Part shown: one piece after another, positions 32,975 through 41,676 of the stretch
Position numbering within the stretch: the stretch's first letter is position 1
Layout: each line of letters begins with the position of its first letter
Source of the DNA: Ignavibacteriota bacterium
GTDB taxonomy: Bacteria > Bacteroidota > Ignavibacteria > UBA10030
Assembly: GCA_963727825.1 (NCBI GenBank)
Contig: CAVSHO010000012.1
Span: 12,061 to 76,060 of the forward strand
DNA length: 64,000 nt
Direction of reading: 5' to 3'
The notes under the pieces: generated by a model
The model's database searches: none
The model's input: the letters and a program-made list of their open reading frames with translations, nothing else
Told to the model about the DNA's origin: nothing
Made by a program: the position numbers and the translations under genes

Positions 32975-33240
32975 TTGTTTTATTTATATATACTCATCTG
33001 AATTTAATGGAATGTTTTAAGTTGGTATTAGTCCGAAAATCTTAGAACAGCGGCTTGAATTTACCATCTTTCAATAGGTAATGGATTCACAGCACGATAT
33101 CGTCCCTGGAAATTAGTATACACGAAAGGATATCCAACGCGACAGCTGGCTCGAGTGCTGAAAAGAAAATCAAAACAAGGAAAAGCAGATCGATGATTTA
33201 ACATTTCATCTAATGATGTTTGGGATTATTCGGATTATTA
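32975..33240 (+). pseudogene. Decayed GIY-YIG nuclease gene
   Basis: Fragments ENLEQRLEF, GNGFTARYRPWKLVYTKGYPTRQLA and AEKKIKTRKSRSMI, broken by stops and frameshifts. Confidence 0.75.
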
Positions 33241-33260
33241 ACCATTCCGTCGATTTCTGA

Positions 33261-33343
33261 CTGTAGGGTTGTAGGTTCTCCCGCTCCATCATAATGGAAC
33301 GGGACTATTAACCCCGACGTTTTATGTCGGGGCTCTCGGAGCA
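33261..33343 (+). pseudogene. Degenerate 3' copy of tRNA-Asn with two hairpin insertions
   Basis: AGGGTTGTAGGTTC [TCCCGCTCCATCATAATGGAACGGGA] CTATTAA [CCCCGACGTTTTATGTCGGGG] CTCTCGGAGCA. Confidence 0.7.
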
Positions 33344-33353
33344 CTTATAAATG

Positions 33354-33385
33354 AAAGGTCGAAATAGATTTTCGACCTTTTTTTC
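33354..33385 (+). terminator. Intrinsic terminator
   Basis: AAAGGTCGAAA-TAGAT-TTTCGACCTTT followed by a T-run. Confidence 0.75.
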
Positions 33386-33422
33386 TTACACCCATCTCAG
33401 AAAGAAAAATATTTTCTTATTT

Positions 33423-34619
33423 CTATAATCTTCGAATTCTAAACACAACTGCCAAATAAAAAGCGGTAATAATAGTTCCGATTGCTGACACACTAAACGT
33501 CACCGCTGGCGAAAACGCATACCACAACCATCCGGCTAAACTGCTCGCCAGTAAAGTGCAAATGCTTTGCATTCCAGTGTAGAATCCGATGGCAGTCGCC
33601 ACATCATTTTTAGAGACAATATTAGAAATCCATGCTTTAGAAATTCCTTCAGTGCTCGCAGCATACATTCCGTAGAGAAAAAACAATGCAAGTAATACAG
33701 GCATAGATGCAGCAAAAATGATCCCGCCATAAACAATCGCAAATAAAACCAATCCTGCGAAGAATATCAATTTTAATCCAATTTTGTCTCCCAACGCTCC
33801 CAGCGGATACGACATCAACGCATAGACAAGATTATAGAAAATATAGATTCCAATCACCTGTTGATCTGTCGCCCTTTGGTGCCGCATCATCAAAAGAAGC
33901 AGCACATCCGAACTATTCATCAATGCAAAAAAGAGAAGACCAACCACAAGTAGACGAAATTCGCGGGGAGCAATTTTCCAATATTTTAAGAAAGAGAAAA
34001 ATCCGGATCTAGCATTATATGCAGACATTTTTTCAATATGTACATTTCTATCTTCCTTTATAAGAAAGGTTATCGCAATAGCAATTATCCCCGGGATAAA
34101 AGCAATCAGAAATAATGTTCTATACTGCGCCGGGTAAAATATAAGAAAAATTAAAGCCGCCAATGGACCAAGTGCGGCTCCGATCGTGTCGAATGCCCGA
34201 TGGAAACCGAATACTCTTCCCTTAAACTCTGGAGTTGTTTCAGCGGAGAGCATTGCATCGCGTGCACCAGTGCGAATCCCTTTTCCTAACCTGTCTAGCG
34301 TACGTGCACCGAATATCCAAAGTGGAAACGTAAATACTGCCATCATCGGTTTGGAAATTGCACTTAGGGAATATCCCATTTGAACAAATATCTTTCGTTT
34401 ACCAATGTTATCTGAAAGATTTCCAAAATATCCTTTACTCAAACCGGCGGTAGCTTCTGCAATTCCTTCTAACAAACCAATAAGCGCAACAGAAAACCCG
34501 ATATTCGTGAGATACATTGGCATAATCGGATAAAGCATCTCGCTTGCTACATCAGTAAAAAGACTCACGATAGATAGAACTAGGATTGTACGTGTGATAA
34601 TTCTCATTGTTCTCCTCAC
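33423..34619 (-). CDS. MFS transporter
   Basis: SDNIGKRK, DRLGKGIRTGARDA and GFHRAFDTIGA. Confidence 0.9.
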   Translation of the reverse strand: MRRTMRIITRTILVLSIVSLFTDVASEMLYPIMPMYLTNIGFSVALIGLLEGIAEATAGLSKGYFGNLSDNIGKRKIFVQMGYSLSAISKPMMAVFTFPLWIFGARTLDRLGKGIRTGARDAMLSAETTPEFKGRVFGFHRAFDTIGAALGPLAALIFLIFYPAQYRTLFLIAFIPGIIAIAITFLIKEDRNVHIEKMSAYNARSGFFSFLKYWKIAPREFRLLVVGLLFFALMNSSDVLLLLMMRHQRATDQQVIGIYIFYNLVYALMSYPLGALGDKIGLKLIFFAGLVLFAIVYGGIIFAASMPVLLALFFLYGMYAASTEGISKAWISNIVSKNDVATAIGFYTGMQSICTLLASSLAGWLWYAFSPAVTFSVSAIGTIITAFYLAVVFRIRRL

Positions 34620-34767
34620 GCTCTTTCTGATGATAATATACTAAGTGATTTTTATGAGCGCAATTATCTGCTTTTTTAACAGAACATTTCAGTGGATTCA
34701 CAGAAAAAGTTTCTTATATTTTTCGGAAATAAATTTTCAACTTTTTGGTGTTGAGAGTAGGAGCAGT

Positions 34768-36087
34768 ATGGACTTCATATCAATCCTCCGAGGTCTCTTT
34801 GGCCTCATAGTTATTACAGCCCTCGCCTATATTTTTTCCGACAATAAGAAAAAAATTAATTGGAAATTGGTCACCAGCGGCATCATAATGCAATTTGCCT
34901 TTGCATTTATCGTCGTGAAAACCGATATCGGCCGGGAGATTTTCAGTTATTGCAGTAAATTCTTCGTATGGCTCTTCAGTTTTGCAAGTGACGGGGCACA
35001 ATTCGTTTTCGGTGGATTGGCGAAAAACGTGGGCACTGATGGAAGCCTTGGCTCTTTCTTTGCCTTTCAGGTTCTTCCAACTATTATTTTCTTTGTATGT
35101 TTTATGAGCATCCTCTACTATCTCGGCATTATGCAGCGTATCGTTCAAGGCATTGCGTGGATAATGCTGCGTTTGTTGGGAACAAGTGGGGCAGAATCTC
35201 TTGATGTCGCGGCAAATACATTCATCGGTCAAACAGAAGCTCCGGTCGTTATCCGGCCTTACCTTGCTACACTGACCAATTCCGAACTCTTCACTATTAT
35301 GACAAGCGGTATGGCACACATCGCTGGTGGGGTACTTGCCGCATATATGCAGATGCTCGGCTTGGCATATGCGAAAGCTAATGGCTTGCCAATTGACGCA
35401 TCGCAGGTATATTTTGCCGGTCATCTCCTCGCAGCAAGCATTATGGCAGCCCCTGCAACTATGGTGGTTGCAAAAATGTTAATGCCGGAGACCAGTGAGC
35501 CCCTCACGATGGGAACCGTGCGCGTCAAGATCGAACGGACTCATTCCAACATTATCGAAGCGGCTGCAGGCGGCGCAGGCGATGGCGTGCGCCTTGCAAT
35601 TAATGTTGCCGGAATGCTTATCGCATTCATTGCGATAATTGCGTTGATAAATGCATTATTGGGTTACGTCGGTGATATTTCTGGATTAAATGCCGTCTGC
35701 CAAACACAGTTCCATCAAAAATTATCGCTCGAACTTCTTTTCGGACTTATTTTCCAGTTCATTGCATTCACTATCGGTGTCCCCTGGCACGACTCACTCA
35801 ATGTTGGCAGTTTGATGGGAATTAAATTGGTGGTCAATGAATTTGTCGCTTATTTGCGAATGGCCGATATGATCTCAGCAGGTATGCTTTCGCCAAAAGC
35901 GATTGTGATTTCTACTTACGCTCTTTGCGGGTTCGCGAATTTTTCATCTATTGCTATTCAAATTGGCGGTTTAAGTCCGCTTGCTGAAAATCGTCGCAGC
36001 GATATCGCAAAATTAGGATTGAAAGCGGTACTCGGCGGTACAATCGCAACATGGATGACGGCATCGATAGCCGGGCTTCTTTGCTAA
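34768..36087 (+). CDS. nupC: Concentrative nucleoside transporter (NupC/CNT family)
   Basis: FAFQVLPTIIFF, GQTEAP, KLVVNEFVAY and ALCGFANFSSIAIQIGG. Confidence 0.93.
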   Translation: MDFISILRGLFGLIVITALAYIFSDNKKKINWKLVTSGIIMQFAFAFIVVKTDIGREIFSYCSKFFVWLFSFASDGAQFVFGGLAKNVGTDGSLGSFFAFQVLPTIIFFVCFMSILYYLGIMQRIVQGIAWIMLRLLGTSGAESLDVAANTFIGQTEAPVVIRPYLATLTNSELFTIMTSGMAHIAGGVLAAYMQMLGLAYAKANGLPIDASQVYFAGHLLAASIMAAPATMVVAKMLMPETSEPLTMGTVRVKIERTHSNIIEAAAGGAGDGVRLAINVAGMLIAFIAIIALINALLGYVGDISGLNAVCQTQFHQKLSLELLFGLIFQFIAFTIGVPWHDSLNVGSLMGIKLVVNEFVAYLRMADMISAGMLSPKAIVISTYALCGFANFSSIAIQIGGLSPLAENRRSDIAKLGLKAVLGGTIATWMTASIAGLLC

Positions 36088-36149
36088 TTGATGTTACGCA
36101 CTAATAATTTTTTATTAAAGGATTTATAGTTCTTTATATGATTGTCCAC

Positions 36150-36478
36150 CTCCCTATCCCGACCCGATTTTGCATCGTGTGGGGATTTCCCCTCCCCGCC
36201 TGCTGCGGGCAGGCTCAAACGAGGAGGAGCGTATTAAAGTAATTCCACGAAGTGAAATTACAATAAATGCGCAGATTTTTCTTTAAAGGGGTGGTTTACT
36301 TTGTTTTATTATATTCCATGTTTATCAGCATAAAAGATGGCTTTGCGTAACATTAGTTGCTAGAGACCTCTGAAAAACATTATTTGTCATTTCGATCGCA
36401 GGGAGAAATCTTTCTTTTTATTAAGATTTCTCAGTCTCCCGATCGACGTTGTCGTTCGGGATTCTTCGAAATGACAAT
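36150..36478. repeat. Intergenic cluster of REP-like palindromes, including a TGTCATTTCGA..TCGAAATGACA doublet with inserted hairpins
   Basis: CCCGCCTGCTGCGGGCAGG near 36195-36213; doublet about 36385-36477 containing TCCCGATCGACGTTGTCGTTCGGGA. Confidence 0.6.
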
Positions 36479-36537
36479 CCCGAATATTGCAGAAGTTTCT
36501 GCAAATTAATTTTCATGGTCTAAATCAAGGATCGTTC

Positions 36538-38142
36538 ATGAACGACACTCAGAAGAATTACAAATGGTTTGTTCTCGAAGACTGGAATGGGTTCTTCGGA
36601 CTCATATTCGACAATTTGACTGTCCTTTCCTTCCTTGCAGGTATTCTTATTTTCGTTTTTAAATATCCGGCAGATGTTGTATATACGAGAATGTTTCCCG
36701 GAACTGCATTCGGTGTATTGTTCGGCGATCTTATCTATACTTGGATGGCGTTCCGGTTAGCGAAGAAAACCGGTAATACAAAAGTAACCGCAATGCCGCT
36801 CGGTCTCGATACACCATCAACAATTGGGATTGCGCTCGTGGTACTTGGTCCCGCCTTTATCGGCTTGAAGGCAGAAGGAATTTCTGAGCGTGACGCGGCT
36901 ATGATGACCTGGTATATCGGTATGGCAACCATGGTGTTTATGGGTATCATCAAATTTGTATTCTCTTTTTTAGGTCGATGGGTGCAGAAGATTGTTCCGC
37001 AAGCAGGATTGCTTGGTTCCCTCGCGGGTATCGGGCTTGCGTTGATCGGAATGACTCCCTTGATCGACATTTTCGGCATGCCGCTTGTTGGACTTATTGC
37101 GCTTGGAATGATTTTTTACACATTGATTGCTGGAATTAAATTGCCGTTTAAAATTCCGGGAGTATTCGCATCGGTTGCAGTCGGAACTGTACTCTATTAT
37201 CTCCTCGGTCCCTCCGGAATTGTTGGTGGAACATACGCCGGGCCTCCTCCTGCTGAACTCCATTTTGGCCTACCCTTACCTACGTTAGATTTTATTAAAG
37301 GACTTGCTCCTGCACTCAAGTATCTTCCCATTGCTATTCCCTTCGGTATATTAACAGTCGTCGGCGGAATCAACGTAACGGAAAGTGCACGGGTTGCTGG
37401 TGACGATTACAGTACACGGAATATCCTTCTAACAGAAGCAATTGCTACTCTCATTGCTGGAATTTGCGGCGGTGTCGCTCAGTCAACGCCTTATATCGGA
37501 CAACCAGCTTACAAACATATGGGTTCACGGGCGGGATATACTTTTCTCACCGGTGTTTTTATTGGATTGGGCGGAATTTTTGGATATATATCGTTTATTG
37601 TTGAACTTATCCCGCGTGCTGTATTAGCGCCGATTCTCATCTTCGTTGCATTTGATATTATCGCGCAATCATTTCAAGCGTGCCCGGCACGGCATGCACC
37701 GGCGATCGCCTTTGCATTCTTCCCGACAATCGCGCGTTTGTTGGCAATCAAATTAGGAAATACAGACGCAGTGCTTCCGGAAACCTTCAATAAACTAATG
37801 GCAGTCCCGGGAAAAGCATTACCTGAATTGCTTATCATCGTTGCGCTTGGCAATGGATTCATCGTCACGGGAATGTTATGGGGCGCATTCCTCGCCGAAC
37901 TCATCGATCGTCGGTTGCGGGCATCGGCGGCATACTTGATCGCCCTGGCAGCGTTAACGTTTTTCGGAATAATCCATTCTGCATTACCTGATGGAATGAT
38001 GTATTTGCCATGGAATCTTGATGGATTAGCCAGACAGGTTCCATATCAATTCACAGTGGCGTATTTAGCATTGGCGGCTTTCTTCTTTGCTATGTCTTTT
38101 ACAAAGGAAAGCAGAGAACCGATCACTGGAATAGGACACTAA
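36538..38142 (+). CDS. Nucleobase permease-like membrane protein (NCS2/AzgA-related)
   Basis: Many TM segments; TAMPLGLDTPS, ESARVAGDDY and YIGQPAYK; next to nupC. Confidence 0.75.
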   Translation: MNDTQKNYKWFVLEDWNGFFGLIFDNLTVLSFLAGILIFVFKYPADVVYTRMFPGTAFGVLFGDLIYTWMAFRLAKKTGNTKVTAMPLGLDTPSTIGIALVVLGPAFIGLKAEGISERDAAMMTWYIGMATMVFMGIIKFVFSFLGRWVQKIVPQAGLLGSLAGIGLALIGMTPLIDIFGMPLVGLIALGMIFYTLIAGIKLPFKIPGVFASVAVGTVLYYLLGPSGIVGGTYAGPPPAELHFGLPLPTLDFIKGLAPALKYLPIAIPFGILTVVGGINVTESARVAGDDYSTRNILLTEAIATLIAGICGGVAQSTPYIGQPAYKHMGSRAGYTFLTGVFIGLGGIFGYISFIVELIPRAVLAPILIFVAFDIIAQSFQACPARHAPAIAFAFFPTIARLLAIKLGNTDAVLPETFNKLMAVPGKALPELLIIVALGNGFIVTGMLWGAFLAELIDRRLRASAAYLIALAALTFFGIIHSALPDGMMYLPWNLDGLARQVPYQFTVAYLALAAFFFAMSFTKESREPITGIGH

Positions 38143-38152
38143 AGGATTTTTT

Positions 38153-38917
38153 ATGTTTCGTTCTGCGTTCGTTTGGATTACAACATGCATACTTATTCTC
38201 CTTTGGCTTTTCTTATTAGCAATAAGTCGATTGTTTGATCATGATCCGGTGCACTATCGGACTGGCTTTCTATTCCGAAAAATCGGGAATGCACTAACCT
38301 GGATCAATCCTGCATGGCGGCTTCACATTACCGGTGAAATTATTTCCAATCCGCGACTGCCGTACGTCGTTGTCTGTAATCATCAATCGATGGCTGATAT
38401 TCCATTGATCAGCAACTTGCCATGGGAAATGAAATGGATGGCGAAAACAGAAATATTCAAACTACCAATCCTCGGCTGGATGCTGCGGCTTGCAGGCGAT
38501 ATTAGTGTTGATCGAAAAAATCCACGCAGCGGCGCTCAAGCGCTCATCAAGGCACAGCATATTCTTGAACAAAAATGTTCCGTTATGATTTTTCCGGAAG
38601 GAACGCGCACTCTTGATGGACGAGTGCGGCAATTCACAGACGGAGCATTTCATCTTGCTATCAAAGCTAAAGTCCCTATACTTCCTCTCGTCATTGAAGG
38701 TTCGCGCGATTGCATCCCGAAGAACAGTTGGAAATTCGGCAAGCCATCGGATATCTTTCTGAAAGTGCTGCCGCCAATCGAAACATCTTCATTGACAATA
38801 CAGGACGTTCCTTTGCTTCGTGACAATGTCCGTACAGCAATTATGAAACAAATTGCAGAATGGCGCTCGGTTCCGATTGAAGCAGTGGATGGGATGATGC
38901 CACTTTCGACAAAATAG
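38153..38917 (+). CDS. plsC: 1-acyl-sn-glycerol-3-phosphate acyltransferase
   Basis: NHQSMAD and FPEGTR motifs. Confidence 0.9.
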   Translation: MFRSAFVWITTCILILLWLFLLAISRLFDHDPVHYRTGFLFRKIGNALTWINPAWRLHITGEIISNPRLPYVVVCNHQSMADIPLISNLPWEMKWMAKTEIFKLPILGWMLRLAGDISVDRKNPRSGAQALIKAQHILEQKCSVMIFPEGTRTLDGRVRQFTDGAFHLAIKAKVPILPLVIEGSRDCIPKNSWKFGKPSDIFLKVLPPIETSSLTIQDVPLLRDNVRTAIMKQIAEWRSVPIEAVDGMMPLSTK

Positions 38918-39119
38918 GAAACAGCAATTTTAAAAGTCGAGAGGAAAAACGAGAAGTCAAATCTCAGATTGCTTCATCGTTAAATCTACCAAAGGGTGTG
39001 AGCATTGCAATCAGGCGGGTTAAAGCATAAAGGCAATATTTTAAGGAAGGACAATCGAGAGATTGCCCTTCTTCATTTTATACAGGAATACAAAAATAGA
39101 CATAGTATTATATACTCAC

Positions 39120-40010
39120 CTACTTGGTAATATCCAAAAGCTCCTTAGGGACATGAAAACCTAATTCTTTCGCTCTTTTGAAATTTGAATGCGCTTCGCT
39201 CTTTTTGTTAAGTCGCGCGTATGCGAGCCCCCTGTCATAGTAGGCGAGTGCAAAGTCCGGGTTCAAAACGATTGCCTTGGTGAAGTCAGCAATGGCTCCT
39301 TGATAGTCCTTAAGCGTATACCTTGTCAAGCCCCTGCCATTGTAGGCTTCTGAATCATTCGGGTTCAAACCGATTGCCTTGGAGAAGTCAGCAATGGCTC
39401 CTTGATAGTCTTGAAGCATATACTTTGCTTTCCCCCTGCCGTTGTAGGAAATTTGTGCATCCTCAGGGTTCAAACCGATTGCCTTGGAGAAGTCGGAAAT
39501 GGCTTCCTGATAGTCTTGAAGTGTATGCTTTGCGTATCCCCTGTAATAATAGACATCTGCATAATCTGGTTTCAGCTTGATTGCCTCATTGTAGTCGGTA
39601 ATAGCTCCCTGACAATCTTCAAGATTAAACTTTGCGAACCCCCTGTAATAATAGGCATCTACAAAGTCCGGTTTCAGCTTGATTATTTCATTGAAGTCAA
39701 CAATTGCGCCTTGATGGTCTTCTAGATTCCGCTTTGCAATCCCTCTGAATAGATAGGCTTCCGCAAAATCCGGTTTCAGTTTGATTGCCTCGTTGAAGTC
39801 AGCAATAGCTTCTTGCCATTCGTTAAGTTCACTCTTTGCGTTTCCTCTGTGTAGGAAGGCTTCTGCATAATCTGGTTTCAGTTTGATTGCCTCATTGATG
39901 TCAGCAATGGCTCCCCGATAGTCTTGATGTATACACTTTTCGAGCCCCCTAAGATAGTAGGCTTTAGCATCATCCAGTTCCATACCGATTGACTTTTTGA
40001 ACAGACTCAT
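39120..40010 (-). CDS. Tetratricopeptide repeat protein (about 8 TPRs)
   Basis: 34-aa repeats AY..RG..K..L.DYQGAIADF..AI.L.PD. Confidence 0.93.
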   Translation of the reverse strand: MSLFKKSIGMELDDAKAYYLRGLEKCIHQDYRGAIADINEAIKLKPDYAEAFLHRGNAKSELNEWQEAIADFNEAIKLKPDFAEAYLFRGIAKRNLEDHQGAIVDFNEIIKLKPDFVDAYYYRGFAKFNLEDCQGAITDYNEAIKLKPDYADVYYYRGYAKHTLQDYQEAISDFSKAIGLNPEDAQISYNGRGKAKYMLQDYQGAIADFSKAIGLNPNDSEAYNGRGLTRYTLKDYQGAIADFTKAIVLNPDFALAYYDRGLAYARLNKKSEAHSNFKRAKELGFHVPKELLDITK

Positions 40011-40260
40011 CTTATGCTCCTCGTACGTTTATACAATTATATTTAATAATATAACAACAAAATATGCTCTTTGACAATGACCTTCCATTTATTTAAGTTT
40101 AAATGACATTCACCTATACCAGAGAGGTTTAGTATATTTTGAAAGTTATCCACTTGATACTCAGTTCGTTCACAGCAAAACAGAATGTTTTGGAAAAATA
40201 TAGATAGCTACATTTATAGATGGGTATGGAAAGGTTATTAAATTATAAAAGGAGTTTTTC

Positions 40261-40848
40261 TTGCTCTCTTGGGAATTCCAACAATTTTATAATAATTGGC
40301 TTCATAAAGCTGATTCATACAATACTGATGATTTAACAGACTGTTTTGATAAGTTTTTTACCCTATTCGTTCTGTACAATCGTCTTTATGCCGAAACCAC
40401 GTTTGAACTTGCTCGTGTCGGCAAGATTAATTTAAGTAATCACAAATATTTCCCTGATTCAAAAGCGGCAACTTGTTATATAAAACAATTTCTTGGCGCA
40501 AATGCCATACTTGATTGTATAAATTCAAATCCATCTTCTCATTGCGCCTTATCAAATATTATTTCTCTTATTGAAGCAGAAAGATTTCACATACTTTTGC
40601 ATCTAATTACTGGTGAAGGACAACGAAAAAAGGACATTGAACTTCTTGAATCACTTCGTTCAACAAATCCAGATTTAAAAGCAGGCGCCATTTTACAATT
40701 AATATATTCAATAAGATGTAATTTATTTCATGGACACAAATCATTTGAAGGAGTGCAAAAAGAGATTGTTGTTCCTGTTTTAGTTATCCTTCATAATATT
40801 GTTGTATGTCTCTATAATAAACTTAACGCCGCCCTAACCCACGGCTGA
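40261..40848 (+). CDS. Hypothetical protein with a HEPN-type Rx4H motif; probable former integron cassette
   Basis: IRCNLFHGHK motif, low GC, GGAG ribosome-binding site; the stop codon lies inside an attC half-site. Confidence 0.65.
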   Translation: MLSWEFQQFYNNWLHKADSYNTDDLTDCFDKFFTLFVLYNRLYAETTFELARVGKINLSNHKYFPDSKAATCYIKQFLGANAILDCINSNPSSHCALSNIISLIEAERFHILLHLITGEGQRKKDIELLESLRSTNPDLKAGAILQLIYSIRCNLFHGHKSFEGVQKEIVVPVLVILHNIVVCLYNKLNAALTHG

Positions 40849-40856
40849 AGCTGACG
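40831..40856 (+). mobile_element. Truncated attC (R''-L'' half)
   Basis: GCCCTAACCCACGGCTGAAGCTGACG resembles GCCTAACCCGCGGCTCAAGCTGACCG of the array attC (reverse complement of 61776-61801). Confidence 0.7.
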
Positions 40857-41103
40857 AAATGAGGTTGGTTTTTTTGTTCCATTATATCGTTATTCTTTAT
40901 TTTGCCTTCACCATTTTGATTTGATTTCTTAAGCTGGTGATGATGTCTTGCTGAACACGGCATCTATCCATCAAGTGCCGTATCTGATTTTCTTTCGATT
41001 CTATCTCGGCATCTAATCTTATTTCCTCACCATTTTTTTTCTGAATGTATGATGCGTCAAAAAAAAGAGCTGAATCCATTAAAGGAATCAACTCTTTTCG
41101 ATT

Positions 41104-41181
41104 TGTGGGCCCTGCTGGGCTCTCCGCCAAAGGCGGATGCGCCTTCCACCAAAAAATGGCGGACAAGCTGGCGCAGAACCA
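41104..41181 (-). pseudogene. 3'-end copy of tRNA-Ile2 with nested hairpin insertions
   Basis: TGTGGGCCCTGCTGGGCTC [TCCGCCAAAGGCGGATGCGCCT [TCCACCAAAAAATGGCGGACAAG] CTGGCGCA] GAACCA. Confidence 0.8.
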
Positions 41182-41195
41182 CGGCTTATTTTTTG

Positions 41196-41269
41196 TGGGC
41201 CCTGCTGGGCTCGAACCAGCGACCCGCAGATTATGAGTCTGCTGCTCTAACCAACTGAGCTAAGGGCCC
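41196..41269 (-). tRNA. tRNA with CAT anticodon, most likely tRNA-Ile2 (lysidine)
   Basis: GGGCCCTTAGCTCAGTTGGTTAGAGCAGCAGACT-CAT-AATCTGCGGGTCGCTGGTTCGAGCCCAGCAGGGCCCA. The acceptor stem is Ile2-like and not initiator-like. Confidence 0.92.
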
Positions 41270-41314
41270 AATGTTAACTTAAATTAAAATCTCTTATCTA
41301 TTTTTGAAGATCTA

Positions 41315-41595
41315 CGACCCGCAGATTATGAGTCTGCTGCTCCCCGCCCGACTGCACGATGCAATCGTGCGGGCAGGTAACCAACTGTTTACCCGCCGTG
41401 CCTTACCTTTTGGCGGGAGCTAAGGGCCCGAATGTTAACTCAAAATTAACAATCTCTTATCAATTTTTGAAGATTTAGGACCCGCAGATTATGAGTCTAG
41501 ATGCTCCCCGCCCGACTGCACGGAATGCATACTCGTGCTGGGCAGTTCCCAACTGATTTACCCGTCCGTGCCTTATTTTATGCCGCGAGAGCTCG
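41315..41595 (-). repeat. Two tandem (about 163 bp) 5'-portion copies of tRNA-Ile2, each with two hairpin insertions
   Basis: GACCCGCAGATTATGAGTCT at 41221, 41316 and 41479. Inserts at 41343-41377 and 41388-41417. Spacer 41270-41314 repeats at 41431-41477. Confidence 0.85.
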
Positions 41596-41676
41596 ACGAA
41601 GCTCGTGACGGGAATCTAACTATTAGATAAATTGCACATGTAAAAATAACCCACTCTTGACGATTTCTCGTGCGCA

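Noticed and set aside
34780-35424. 214-aa antisense ORF and similar shadow ORFs in the track
   Set aside because: They lie opposite well-supported genes such as nupC and show no motifs.
36230-36530. Purine riboswitch upstream of the nucleobase permease
   Set aside because: No recognisable aptamer core; the hairpins there match REP-like repeats.
39120-40010. 102-bp DNA repeats as a non-coding array
   Set aside because: They are fully explained by TPR coding repeats.
40897-41258. ORFs 40897-41166, 41045-41236 and 41049-41258
   Set aside because: They largely overlap the tRNA-Ile2 copies and hairpins. The coiled-coil-like tail of 40897-41166 may be a gene fragment but cannot be assigned.
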